Below, in pieces: positions 63,557 through 64,000 of a stretch of 64,000 nt of DNA. The notes under the pieces were generated by a model. It had not been told where the DNA came from and searched no databases. It saw nothing but the letters and a program-made list of their open reading frames with translations. Source of the stretch: Haliotis cracherodii (lineage: Eukaryota); contig NW_027266275.1 of the NCBI RefSeq assembly GCF_022045235.1, positions 19,902,001-19,966,000 of the forward strand, in the 5' to 3' direction. Position numbers and translations under genes: made by a program. Within the stretch, counting starts at the first letter, position 1; each line of letters starts with the position of its first letter.

Positions 63557-64000
63557 ACAAACACACACTCACACTCACACACAACTTACTTTCTCTCTCT
63601 CTTCTCCTCTGATGAGATACAAGTACACATAAGTCATGTACATTTTCACATGCATGTATATATGTACAGCCATACGTTTCTTCATGTGTGTACGTTCATG
63701 CGAATATAATGATACCATCGAGTGAACTTTGGCAGTCGTACACATAAACACGCATAAACGAGACGCTAACCACAAAAGTGAAGTAGTCGCCTTCAATACA
63801 TACAAACACCCACATACATATAACATGCATGGAGACTATAGGCCCCACCAATCCTCGCTACTTTGTGACCCAGTGCAGATATACAGGCATGGGGTGTGTG
63901 GCAACAATCACACAGTCATCCGGGTGAGTGCACAAATGTGAAAGATATCAAACTAAAATCTGAGCATACTTTTGGCTCACTACCCAGTACTCATGATATA

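Noticed and set aside
1-64000. Prokaryotic-style systems (operons, defence islands, prophage, integrons)
   Set aside because: Spliceosomal introns, SINEs/LINEs and low coding density show eukaryotic nuclear DNA; no bacterial-like ORFs were seen.

Overview
Eukaryotic (metazoan) genomic DNA: AT-rich, intron-containing and dense in transposons. A mollusc, possibly a gastropod such as abalone, is my inference from the repeat content and cannot be proven from this window. The ORF track is mostly noise because the real genes are spliced; I rebuilt them by hand from GT-AG boundaries and phase compatibility. Left two-thirds: a cluster of three intact 6-exon genes for secreted three-domain Kazal-type proteins. 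Copies A (1160-7584, minus) and B (13772-23278, minus) are a recent tandem segmental duplication; copy C (30045-37763, plus) is more diverged and divergently oriented; a relic last exon of a fourth copy follows C. Each protein joins two invertebrate-type Kazal domains (C4-x6-C5) to a third ovomucoid/SPINK-like domain (C4-x2-C5) with long inserted loops. Differences between A and B are concentrated in domain 1. Right third: NFU1 (8 exons, minus) head-to-head with a C10orf53/UPF0728 homologue (plus), then a probable promoter and first exon of another gene. Mobile DNA: Tc1/mariner elements, MITEs, at least four SINE families with a shared 3' tail, RLE-type, L2-like and RTE-like LINE fragments, Penelope-like fragments and DIRS-like remnants. 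One assembly gap at 29395-29638.
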